Assembly: GCA_003971905.1 (NCBI GenBank) | Contig: RSEE01000001.1 | Span: 1 to 64,000, forward strand | Direction: 5' to 3' | DNA length: 64,000 bases | Source of the DNA: Moniliella sp. 'wahieum' | Taxonomy: Eukaryota | Part shown: in pieces, positions 51,401-63,560 of the stretch | Layout of the letters: every line of letters begins with the position of its first letter | Numbering within the stretch: the first letter of the stretch is position 1 | Notes under the pieces: model-generated | Databases searched by the model: none | What the model saw: only the letters and a program-made list of their open reading frames with translations | Told to the model about the DNA's origin: nothing | Translations under genes and position numbers: made by a program

Positions 51401-52663
51401 CACCGCCACCGCCTGTGACGCAAGCGGGCTCGGGCTCGGGATCGGGATCGGGATCGGGCTCAGGCGTGGGCTCGGGCGGGGGCGCGGTCGAAGTGCCTAC
51501 CAACCCATTTGCCTCGTCCCACGCCTCGTCGGGGGGCGACGCGTCGGGAGGAGGAAGGACAGGCGCAAGGGGGTCCATGACCTTCCCAACTACCTTGCCC
51601 GCTCCCGCCGCATCTGCGTCTGCGCCCGGCAGCCGACGTGGGTCCAACAATCCCTTTTTGGTCTTTGCTCAGCCCAACCGTTTGCCCACCCGACCAGCCC
51701 GCCCACCATCTCCCCTTCCTCCAGTCCCCGCGCCAGTTTTGCCACGCCGGCCAAGGTGCCTACCCAAGCTCCCGCTCAAGCTCCCGCCCAAGCTCCCGCC
51801 CAAGTTCCCCGCAAGCTCCCGCTCAAGCTCCCACCCAGGCTGTACCAGTTGCTGCGTCCTCCGCTCACGCTGAGACCAACCCTGGTCGTCCATGGCTGCC
51901 GCGCCAGCTGTGCCGCCCCAGGCGCTGGTAGGAAGCGCTCGTTGGATGCACACGTGCCTGGGACAGAGATGCGGACGAGTAAGAGTACGCAAGATGTGGC
52001 GGCAGGGCCTTTTACCGTGGTAGCACCTCCCTCTGGGCGACCGGTGTGCCTCGGCCACACACATCGGGCAACATCCCCACCCGGCGCCCGTCGGGTTCGG
52101 GTTCAGGCATGGGTCTGGGCTGGCCTACGAGTCCGCTGTCTGCCGACCGGGTGGTGGAACGGGAGCCATGTGTGGGCACGACGTTGACGCGGCCGAGTAC
52201 GAGTGGGGGTGCGACGCGCGCCCCGCACCCTCCGCCCGTTGCGGTTGCCGTTCAAAGACAAAGACGCGAGCCGGCGTCGGTCGGGCGTGTCGAATCTGTG
52301 GGGTCGAATGCGGGAGGACCGACGGACGAATGGGGAGCAGCCGGGCAGCGGCGCGGCGGCACCGCGACCGAACGTGCCGAGACGGAGCGTATCGTTGCAT
52401 GGGCACGAACACGATGTGCCGCGACGGACGGGTGCCTCGGTGGGTCCCCCCCTGTGCCCGTGCCCGTGCCGGCCTCTGGGTCTACGTCTGCGTCGGGTCC
52501 GCGCCACCTTCGCGGTCCAAGCCTCGGCTCGCCCGACTCGCTCGGCCTGCCTGCCGGGGCCGGGCCCGAGCTGGGCGGCTCGCGCCGGTCGTATTCCCAC
52601 GCGGGACCCAATGGCGGGCGCAAACCGTCGTTGGCGTTCCGCCTGGGCTTAAAGAAAGCCTAG
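48476..52663 (+). CDS. Ubiquitin C-terminal hydrolase, CreB/Ubp9-Ubp13/USP12-46-like; intron 49813-49891
   Basis: Cys box [80 protein letters not shown], His box [15 protein letters not shown], and AYVLFYQA. Long low-complexity C-terminal tail. Confidence 0.9.
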
Positions 52664-52984
52664 CTGGGCCGCAAGATGAGGGGGAGCACGTGCCTGCCTT
52701 GGATTTGTCGTGGGCAGGGGTTCGTTGTTCCCAGCCACTCTTTCCCCCCCGCCCTGAACAAAATGGGTTACTTTGTCTTCCTTTTTCCTTACTTGTTCTT
52801 CTCTCTTCTTTCTTCTTTTTCCTTTTCTCCAGGACAGGGCCTCCTACCTGCTCTCTCGCCCTCCCCGCCCTCCCCCGTCTCTGGTTCTGCCCCTGCAGTG
52901 GTTGGTTGCCTGAGTGGCTGAAGTGTTGGGTTCTGCTCTGGACATGTGGACCTTCCATCTTCCTCTTTGCCTTGTTTTGTCTTT

Positions 52985-53030
52985 CTTTCCTCCGTTTCCT
53001 CCGTTTCCTCCGTTTCCTCCGTTTCCTCGT
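52985..53030 (+). repeat. (TTTCCTCCG)n 9-bp tandem repeat in the pyrimidine-rich 3' flank
   Basis: Four to five consecutive ttcctccgt units are visible. Confidence 0.8.
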
Positions 53031-56000
53031 TTTCTTTCTCTTCTCTTCTCTCCCCATTTCCTCTTTCCCCCGTCTGCTCTGTTCGTTTCTTTCTCCTTCT
53101 CTCGCGCTGATAAGCCTGTGAAAAAAGAAAAACAAACCCGCTACTTTCCTTCCTTTTGGTACCTCTCTGCGCCCGCGCCCGCGCCCTCGCCGCTCTTCAA
53201 TATTCAATCTTCAGCGCACTTTTCCTCCTCTTCGCGCCTGGCTGGTGCTATGGTAGGCTGGATGGGGACCTGGTAGCGCCCACGATCTGCTTGGACAAGG
53301 GAGCGGGGGGGGGTAGCAGCTGTTGAACGTTGGCCAATCTCTCTTAGTAGGCATCAAAAAGTGCCAACAACCCTATTGCCCGCCGACCTGCACGTGACGG
53401 GTGGGGGGTGCTGGCTACGCCAACGATCGGGCATATGACGGAGTCGCGTCGACGCGTCCCTCCACCACCTTAAAAGGGGAGCGGTGGTGCAAAGAGTAAC
53501 CATGGCACAAGGCGGAATGGTGGAGCAAGGAGGAGATGTGGAGAGCAATTGGGGTATTTGCGACAAAGATATGGGGGGGGGGACAAAGGGGATCAGTGGA
53601 ACAAAAGGGAGGCGATGGAACAAGGATGATCGGTGGTCCGGAGGTGGTGGGCTCGATCCATGTAACGTGAATTACGACGACCCTGTCACAGGCGTGCCCT
53701 GCCAGGGGGCTCACCCAGGTTGGTGGGGTACACGACTCACGGTAGTTTCGGGGCTTGGGCTATTTGGTGGATCCGAGCCGGGGAGATGGCGTGAAGCCGA
53801 GGCGGCCGCACGCTTGGCAAGGCTGGGTATGCGCCGGCTTGGGGGTAGTAACGTGTCTGAAGCATCCGGGGCTTAGGGACAGGTAGATGCAGTGAAAGAC
53901 AAACACTGCCAGGGCTAGAGCTGGGCAGGGGCGGCTGTCGACATAGCTGTGAAAGGAACCCATGCGACATGCTGATGTGGTAGGGGAATCGACGCCGCTG
54001 AAGGAAGGCTCGCGTGACTGGGCGGATGGAAAGCTGGAGGACGAGGTTGGATGATGAAGATAAGGCAGCTAGGTGGAGACGAGAGGTTGCCTGTATTACT
54101 CAATCAATTGGCTGGAAACGGTCAGGAGTTGGATAGGAAAGGGGGAAGGGACGAAAATGGAAGGTGGGATAAAGGATTCCCACTGATCGAGGATGCTGAT
54201 GACTGTTGGTTGACCCCTTTTTGGTAACCCCCTCCTGTCTAAGCCCCATCGCACTGGGATAGATAATGTTGACAGAGCGAAGCAGACGAAGCTGCTACAG
54301 TGCGACTTGGGAGCACTCGCGATCCTATGGATCAGCTGCAAAGCAGCCTTCAGACAAGGCGTGAAGGCAAAACGGTGAGCCACAAATCTTCAAGCAACGT
54401 TTGAAGGGAAAGAGACATGAGAGAGAGAAGGGAGATGAAGCGAGCAGGGCGTGCACGCCCTGCGAGCGGAACTCTTCCGCCCGGCTAAGTGAGCGTCACC
54501 GATCCACCGAGGGCCGTGCAGGGGAACCCCAGCACTACCCTCCAACAGAAGCAAGCGAAGGCTGCGAAGGCACTAAGAATGTCATCCAATAGCACTTCCT
54601 CGTAGTATAATAGACAAGTAGGGTTCCAGGAGGGCACAAAGTTCACTGCAGGAACGCCGGAGAGGGTTAATACGTTTCCTTGGGTGCGACTCGGTCCGGC
54701 GTTCCCCCGCACAACAGAAGGGAAGAGCGCGAGGGAGCCGTACAGGTTGCAGTATTAAAACGGAGTTGCGGAATGTTTTTCGATTCCTAGTTCTACCGCT
54801 CGCACTGTAACCCACACGTACTCCTAGCCTATTCCGTGAAAATAGTGTAAAACGCTTACTGTTGACAGCGACGGGCAACGGCCAGCATTCTGCAATCGTC
54901 CACCGTTCTCCATCGTCCACCCTGCCAGTTCACCGTTCCATCGTCCACATACTGTGTCCAGTGTAACATGCATGGCGCATATGTCATGATCTAGTCCAAC
55001 AGCCCATCATATCAATCGTTCCTTAGTGCAAAACACACACGCCAAGAAGATCCTAAATCTGTCAATATCTTACACGGTGCGGGCATGTGAGTCTTGTTCT
55101 TGATGCAGGTTGCACGCCGGTGGTTCCGTCCGATGTTCCGTCAGCGTGCCCCCACTGCATGTGAACAAAGATGCTGCTGTGGAAAACGTCTTCGCGAAAA
55201 AGTGTCCAGATGGGGTCTTGGGATTGCACCAAGAGGCACAATCCCTTCTATATCTTCCCTTTTTCATGCATCCGTCAGAAAAGGTCAAGGAGTATGAAGA
55301 GCTCATTGCAGCATCCCCCCTTCTCTTCCCTCTCTCGTTCGCTCGTTTTACTATAAAAGTGGAGCTTGACGCTGCACTGTGATGATAATCCCCCTTCGTA
55401 CTAACTGTGTACACATTCGAGCCCCCTCCGTGCACATCCACAAGGAGCGGTTTTATGTGCCGACTTCACATATCCCACCGTTGAACGTTCTTTGAAACAC
55501 TGTTTTTGAGACGTTCCTCATGAGCTCCTGCTGAGGGAGCTTCTGATAGAATGTGGAGAGCAAAAATCACACATCTCTTCATTTCGATGTTATTGGGTGC
55601 GAGGTCGGACCAGGGTAGCAAAGTAGTGTCCCAAGGCTCCCAAAGTCCATATCCTGCGGGTACGTGGTTATCGAGACGGTTATCCCGGAGGTCTTCGTTT
55701 CCTTCTGAATACAATGTAACGAGAGTCTTATATCAGGGATGAGGTATATCGGTGGGATAAAAGTGATGACTTCGAGGTGTATCTTGTGTTCGTTAATTGT
55801 GTGATGTGTGTATACAGGTACCCACACACAATAAAAGTCCAGTATCTGATCGGGGAGGGCATGTGCAGAGAGGTGGAAAGTGGGTTCATCGTCTCCTATC
55901 GCATATCAACACAGATATATCCGCACAGTGTATAGACAATAGCCCTGCACCCTTTGCGCATTTTGGACCGCTACAGAACTTACAGGGCTGGAACCCCACC

Positions 56001-58721
56001 CCCCCAGCCTCTCCTGATGCATCCAATTCCATCTCTCGTTCTCACTGAAGGGGGGAAGAACGACAACGTCGCGTCTCCAGCCAGTGATAACTATTTTTGT
56101 TGGTTACTTATCAGTGCCTGAGAGAACACCCCTTTATGCTTCATTCCTCAAGTTCAATGTCTTCGAAGCTTCACAGTCTCGCGCCACAGTCCGCTCACAC
56201 ACAACAAAAGAGTGACCACTGTGCTGGAAAACTTGTTTGCCGAAAAAGCAAATCATGGGGTGGTGAAAGGCGAAAGACGAAAACCGAAAAGATATATGTG
56301 AGTGTTGCGTGATATTACAGCCAAAGCGACTTCGGGTACTGTTGCCGGGGTGTTACCGGTTACCGGTTACACAGAGTATAGTTATAGACAGCTGAAAGCC
56401 CTGGACTTTTATCTACGCCTTTTGGATGTAAAAGTTGACGGTGTGTGGGGGAAGGGAAGATGGTGACGTGTGACGAGAGAGAAGCGACAGTGACCGGTGG
56501 GGCGTATTAGTCGTGAATGGAGGGGAACCGCATTTATCACGTTTATAAACCCACCGCGTTCACATGCTCCCATACATTCCCTCTTACGTTTGAACGTTGA
56601 TGAATGTACCGTGCGAGGTGAACTGAATGATGTCGAGAAGCGTGTCCTTCGAAACAGTGTAGAAGGGCTCGGAACCCTTGAAGCTAAACTGTCCATTTTA
56701 TAGTGCAAAAGAAGAAGCTTGACGCTTGGAGTGCCAAAAGTTTTTAGTCTTCGAAGCACGAAGTCTTGATGATTTCGAAGAGCTTGAAGCTTGATGCCCC
56801 TTTTGAAGCTTTTGTAAACACGTCGAAAAGAGGGCATCTGCCGACAAAACTCCGACGGTGTGTATCCTGTTCCATCATTGACGCGGCGGGGTATCACGTT
56901 TCTTCCCTCCGGCAAAACACGTGAGTACATCTATATGATTCTCTCGTTTTTTGCTAGGGCTCAGGCGCTCAGGCCGCGCTCAAGCCTGGGCGCCTGTGCT
57001 CATATCATCACACTCGTCAGTGGATGTCGTTGATATCTGTGAGGCGTGTGCTTGGCGGTGACCAAGGGGATGGAGAAGGGAGGCTGTGACTGATGGCAAC
57101 CGCTGTGGAAAGCACGCTGCGCGCTGATGAGTCGATGAGAAGTAATCCTGCTTCCCCAGCGAGATGTCCTAAGTGCTCTGTTACTAGCTATGATGCAATG
57201 GTGGAGCTGTGAAGGGAAGACCAGAGCTGGGTTGAACGTTGAACGTTGAGTCGTTGAACGTGTTAAACCCAGACTGTGGAAGGGAGAAAAAGAGAAGAGA
57301 AGGAGAAAAGGAGTGGCACTACTTAGGCCAGAGTATTATAGGGGTATACTCACCTGTCGTGCCTGCATGTGTAAGAATATCAGAGCGATATCTTCGGGTG
57401 TGGTTGGCCCCCAGCCTCAGAGCCTTGGTCAACATACTGAGAGTGTGCTCAGCGCTTGTTGGTCTGTGCGGCCTGAGGTCAGGCCTGAGGCTCATCGATC
57501 GTCAGCATCACTACTAATCACCTAGTCACTAGTCAAGCTCAAGCTAGTCACTTGTCACTTGCCACTTGCCACTAGGCCACTGCGTGTCACTAGCATCACT
57601 TGTAACACATATGTGTCATAGTGAACCATTTAACTGTACTATAGGAAAGCGTAGTCGAGACCTCATGCACCTCATATGTCATGTGGAGATTCTCATTCGA
57701 CAAACTCAGCGGCTCAGCCTGAGCCTTGAGAACCCTGAGCGTCTGAGCCTTGGCCCTGAGCGCTTGAGCCCCGAGTCTGAACCTTGAGCGCCCGCCTGCG
57801 CCCGCTTTTGAATCGCACACGATGAATCCACAGCACTCAATAATTCAACCTCCGGGCTGAGCGATGTTGTGGGTCGGTGTTATACTCAGCACTGGCACGT
57901 GCATCATCGATCATCATGGATGCCATGTGCCAAATGCCCCACATGTCTCGGTTTGCGACCACCCCCTCCAGCGGCCGCACAGAAGAGGTAACGACTCGCG
58001 TGCAAGTTGCACCTTTTTCTCGGCGCCCAGACCCTTTTCGCAGAGGTCTGGTGGCGCTGATCAGTATCAGTCCGGTAGCCCTGTCGTCCAAAACATGCAA
58101 CCAGGGTATACGATTGCCTAAAGTGTACAACGGAAGCGCGTATGTCGAACAAAAGCCGGTCCCACAGATCCCAGGGCGGTCCCTTCCTGGTCCCTAGCCG
58201 AGGAGCACTGCCGTTCCGCCCTCTGACACCCTTTGGTCTCCTGAGCGCTGAGTCATCCAAGTCTAATAAAGTTGTTTGAAGCTTGAAAAAGCTATACTAC
58301 AGCAGTTCAATGAAAGAAGCAGAGAGATGCCCAAAACGAATTATGTGATTCCAAAACAGTCTCCTCTTGTGTGGTTAGGGTAGGATACTGGTAGAATCGA
58401 ACTAGGGAAAGTGATCTAAAAATGTGGACCCCTCCTCTTGCGTGGGGTGATAGAGCTGCGGGGAATTTTCTTGATAACGCAAAGTTTAATGAGTCCTCAG
58501 CCTGAGGCCTGAGGGTTGCCTGGGCCTGAACGCCAACCACTAGCCACAAGTAGTATAGTCATTTTAGTCACTAATCACAGTATAAAGAGTCACTATTAGT
58601 CCCCCAGGGTCCATTGTTTAACCACAAGCAACACACATATGAATATGACACCTTTTAACGACGTGTACCCTTCTCTAAAATGCATATGGACTCCACACAC
58701 GTTTCCGTTCTCTACGCACCC

Positions 58722-58783
58722 CACGAGATACACTGAGACTTACACGAGATATACTGAGACTTACACGAGATACACTGAGACTT
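58722..58783 (+). repeat. 21-bp tandem repeat x3 (CACGAGATAYACTGAGACTTA)
   Basis: Three near-identical copies read directly from the sequence. Confidence 0.9.
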
Positions 58784-61700
58784 GAACCTCGTTCGCTCTG
58801 GGGGATAAGGCGCTCAGGCCAACTCTGCCAAGCAATCTAGCGGTGCGCGCTCCCTTCCTATACAATTAATGATCCTTATTGTGCATATCATTCTGTGAAG
58901 CTTGAAGCTTGAAGTCGCATGGGTATATTATCTATCGTGACGCGTGATGAGAGGAGAACCACCCTTTGCTACTATCCTTTCAAATTTAGGCTTACTCCTG
59001 CTACCTTCAATATAGATCTGAGTGATCTCGAAGGAAGAAGCAGAAAAGCCGGGGGGAGGTTTTCGTTGTGGATGCCACTCCGCAACTTTCTTCATTGCAC
59101 ATACACTCCGAATTCAACCTCACATTGAACCTGTGAGAAAGATTAATGAGACGGAAGGTTAGGATAAGTGCGTGCGGGCTGGGTTAGCGTCACATGCTTT
59201 TCACATACCTTTTAAGCATCCGTGTGTGAAGCGTCCGTGTGAAGCCTCTGTGTAAAGCCTATGGAGGGCACGGATCAAAGCACGCGGCAACGCAAAAGAG
59301 ACTGGGAAGAGGGTATGGTAGGACTGGATACTGCTGAAGGAGAGGATAAGAATGAAGGATGTGTGGTTCTGAGGAGAGGCATTACAGGGGAGCACAGAGG
59401 GAGCGTCCGGGCGGATAAGAGTGGTGAGATGCCCGTCACACAGGATGGTGTACTTGGAGCATCTCCCCAACAGATATGACAGAGGGCCTCACCGGCGTCT
59501 CTGTCTCACAAGCGTCTCTGTCAGGATCAAACCCACTTGATCACCGTTTGAATACCAAGTTGACTGTGGTTCCTGTTTTGTTCAAGACCCTGTTTTCCCC
59601 CTTTGACTATGCTCCCCTTCTTCCTCCGTGTGATTCAGCTCGCATGCTCTCTCTTCTCCGAGGCATACATACCTCGCCTTCTTTCCATTCGAGATGAGTT
59701 TGATCCTCATCATTTCCCCCAACTCCATCTCCTGGTAGTCTCCCCTTTGGCAGTCGTGAAGCTCCGTAACATAATGGCTGATACGCGATGCTGATGATGC
59801 GGACTATATACAATGGCAAGTGGACTGCACTAGTATTATCGAGGGTTTTAAGGGCGGAGCTGCACCACAGATAATGCCCCCCCCCCCCCCAGTATATGTA
59901 ACGCAACCAAAACGCGAGTGAGAGCAAAAGTAGAGCGTAAGAAGCGCGAGCTGTGGCTTCTCTCAGCATATAGGTGTGGCTCGTTATGATAACCGCGTAC
60001 CGCGCATAACGGAGTAGCTAGTAGTGTAGCTAGTATTAGTCGCTTAAAAAGTCACTGGGGAAGGTTCACCAGGGTCACCGGAGACCCTGAGGCCTCAGCC
60101 TGGGGCACCCAGTGGGTGTATAAATCATGTGCATCATGTGCACCAAAACACGTTACTTGTGGAAGAATTGAATTGGAGCATTTTCTCGTCGGAGCTGCTA
60201 TTCTGGTTGGGCCTCAGGCCTGAGCAACGCTCAGCTGAGCGGCTCAACGCTCAACTGAAAGAATGGGGCTAAGGCAAGGCACTTTACTGGGCGATCGATG
60301 GGTGAGCACGATGAATCGGCCACGCCAATATAAGGTCTCTGAAAGCGATTGTCTCTCCGTTAACTCAGAAGTAGCTCTACCCTAAAATAAGCTAAAAGAA
60401 CAATTGTGCACTGTGTAAAGATGAAAAAAGGAAACAGTCAACAGAGACAACTTCTTGTAAGCTCCTGAGGCCTGACGCAAGTCCGACCTTGTGTGCAACA
60501 GGGAGAAAGGAAAGAGAGGGGAACGAGGCGTAAGGGATAACCAGCCCTTGGTGCAACTTCCGCTTTTCACCAATGGCTTTTGACCACAAAAGTCAATGGC
60601 ATGTGTACTGCGATCGCATCGTTCCAGCCACATTATCCTCTAACACCATGCATCAACCGCTCAACTCAACGTACTAGCTCAGCTCAGCGGCTCCGCGCTC
60701 AACGTTGTTCATCAACAGGCTTAGTTCCTTCCGCCCCCTCCGCCTCTTCCAGATCTTCGGCACCCCACCATCCCCACCCTCCCCACCCTCGTATTAGCAT
60801 TGCATCCTTGGCGTTCGCTGTCACCTTGTTGGTCCTTCGCTTGTAACCATGTAACCGGTAACCGCTGGTGGAAATTTTGCAAAGGGCAACTAACCGCAAC
60901 AAAGGGCAACTAACCGGTTCCGGTATCGGGTAACTCCGGTAACTCCGGTAAGCTTTCCACTATTTTTATAGCCGTCAGCTTCAACATTCAAAATTCAACA
61001 TACTTGAAGCTTAAGCGCTGAACGTACGCGCGCGCTGAGCGCGCTGACGCTGAACCCGAACGCTGATGAGACAGAACGCCTCAGTTCTAAGATCCTTGCC
61101 GTACACCCAGCCATGCAGACGGCGGATGTACGTGTGTGTGGCCTGTGTTTGTTGCATGGATGGACAAAACACGTAGTATCAGACAGTGGGAAGTTAGTTG
61201 TATGACAGCCGACTGGTGACCGGTGACCTGAGATCCTACATTGAGGAACGTGGCGTATTATAAGCACCAACAAGTGTTCCTACGACACTGTGTATCATGT
61301 AACAAACATTGCCGCAGGTACCCACCGGTTGGAGGCCAGCCGGCCGGGCACCCCAGTAGGATGGTAATATGAACGTATGAACCCGATGTAGCAGATGTAA
61401 TGGCTGTAACATTGAGCCAGTGCCTATGAGCGGGCTGTGCAGGTTCTGCGCGTGTCTACATGTGGATTTTATCTTTGGGCCCCCAGACCCCGTCTGCCTG
61501 GTAGAACCCAACCTCCCATACCTCCGGGGCCGGTGCATTGGGATTGGAACAGAAGGACTATCGATGAATGATTAATGATTCATGACGCGCACGCGTGATG
61601 ACACGTGTGACAAGTGACAAGAAAGGTGATGCCGGTGATTCAGTCCTTCATGATGCATGACTAGTGACATGTGACAGTGACTAGTGAGTAGTGATTGTCA

Positions 61701-63560
61701 GAAGCCACTAGCTAGTCACTAGTCACTTCACTTGTAGTGATTCTAGTGACCAAATGACTATATCGACTTTGTGAGCAAGCGAGAGAGTGTGACATAGAAG
61801 AAGCGATTGCAGAGAAAGGCGATGTGGTGAAGCTTCAAAAGCTAGCTTGAAGCTCTTGAAGACGCATTCGACTGCTATCGGATCTAAGAAGAGATCTAAG
61901 AGGCGTTGGATCTGGAGACGCGCTTGGTACCTTCCCTTGTGGCACACATGACATCCCACGCTATCACATGTCACATGCCATGTTCAAGACGAGGGAAGGG
62001 GATGCGGGTGGGAGAACTAGGTAGCCACCAGACAGGACCTCTTCAGTCTGCTAACGTACGAAGTGAATGTGAGTTGTGAGTACTGAGGGTACTGAGGTCT
62101 GTCTGAGGCCCCTGAGGGCCTGAGGGCTTGCGGTACTGAGTACCGAGTAAAGATGAACGCGAACGCTGATCCATTACGATGTCGTGCCAACGTCCAACAT
62201 GCCAATGCCCCACGACCAACACGCCCAACCCAGACCGAACCATGGATCAAAACACCATCTCCATGCCTTCAAGCTCTTGGTCAATATACGTTCAATGAGT
62301 AATGATTAATGAACGTTGAACGTTAAACGTTGAACTTCAACGTTAAGGTTATTGAATCAAGCTTGTTCGTCTTCCAGGTTGTTACTCGGTTGGAACAATC
62401 TGGGTAGTGAGTAGTGAGTAGTGACCAGTGAGTACACTGAGTACTGAGTATTGACGAAGTTGAGGTACTAACTAAAAACGACGAGTGTCCTGAGAATCTG
62501 ACGCGAGGCGGGTGACCGGTGACCGGTGAACAAGCTTCAAAAGAAGTGAAGCTAGTGATGTGACGCTGTAGATTCATCATGCATCCTGGGGTATCATGCC
62601 ATCGATCTTCGGATCGGTTATCCCCGATTCGTATATTCGGGCAAATGATGATTTGGGACATGTACGTATGGCAGAGTGGACGCGCAGGGTTCAGCCTGAG
62701 CTCAGCGCTCAGCAGGGCCCAGCAGCCAGTCACAGGGAGGGCAGGGAGGGTGGTTGGGCAGTACCACCTGCTGCCTGTCCTGCGGAGCAGCAGGAGCGTT
62801 GGTCGATAAGCGCAAGCGCTACCATCGTCGTCATCACCGCCAGCAGCATCACCAGCAGCACCCGGCAGTTGTACCACTGGTGTACCTGCGGTACTGCGGT
62901 ACCTGCCGCGTGCTGCCCTGTGGGCCAACACACTTGCCTCTCGCAGTCTGTATCGACACCCCTCGTCCCTGCCGGACCCTCAGCGTCTTACTGGTGCGTC
63001 TTCCCACTGCCACGTCTCAGACAGGCGACATCACTCGTTCGCGTTACTCGTCACGCGTCACTAGACTCGTCCTCCTCTCGACATCCCGCATCCCGCGTCA
63101 GATCCCCATCACCGTGATCTTTCAGGCTGCCCAGCCGTCTCATACATCACATACATCACATCCCACAGCCCGAGCGCACAGGCCTGCGCGCCTGCGCACG
63201 CCTGACCAGCTGGCCCGCCTGGCGCTCCGGCCGCCATGGATCTCCTCCAACCGCCTTCTCGGTTCTTCTTGCTTTCTGTCCACCATCCTTCGCCACCCCT
63301 TCGCCCTCTCCACACTCCACCTCCCACCCCCACAGACTGGTGGCTCCAGCAGAACACAGCGGCACCATTATACACCCACCGCTGCCTTTCTCGCTCCCCT
63401 CTGTCTCTCGCCCCGTCAACCCCCTCTTCCCAGCCCACCGTTTGCTGCTTGCCCGTCTACTCCCCTCGTGCCTTCCTTCGCATCGTCTCGTTCCTCCCTG
63501 TCCATCTCGTTCGGTTTCCAGCCCGTTTCCCTGTCTTGTTCTGTCGCCCCTTTTTACACT

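Noticed and set aside
58722..58783. 21-bp repeat x3 as a possible CRISPR-like array
   Set aside because: The copies are head-to-tail with no spacers, the context is eukaryotic, and there are no cas genes.
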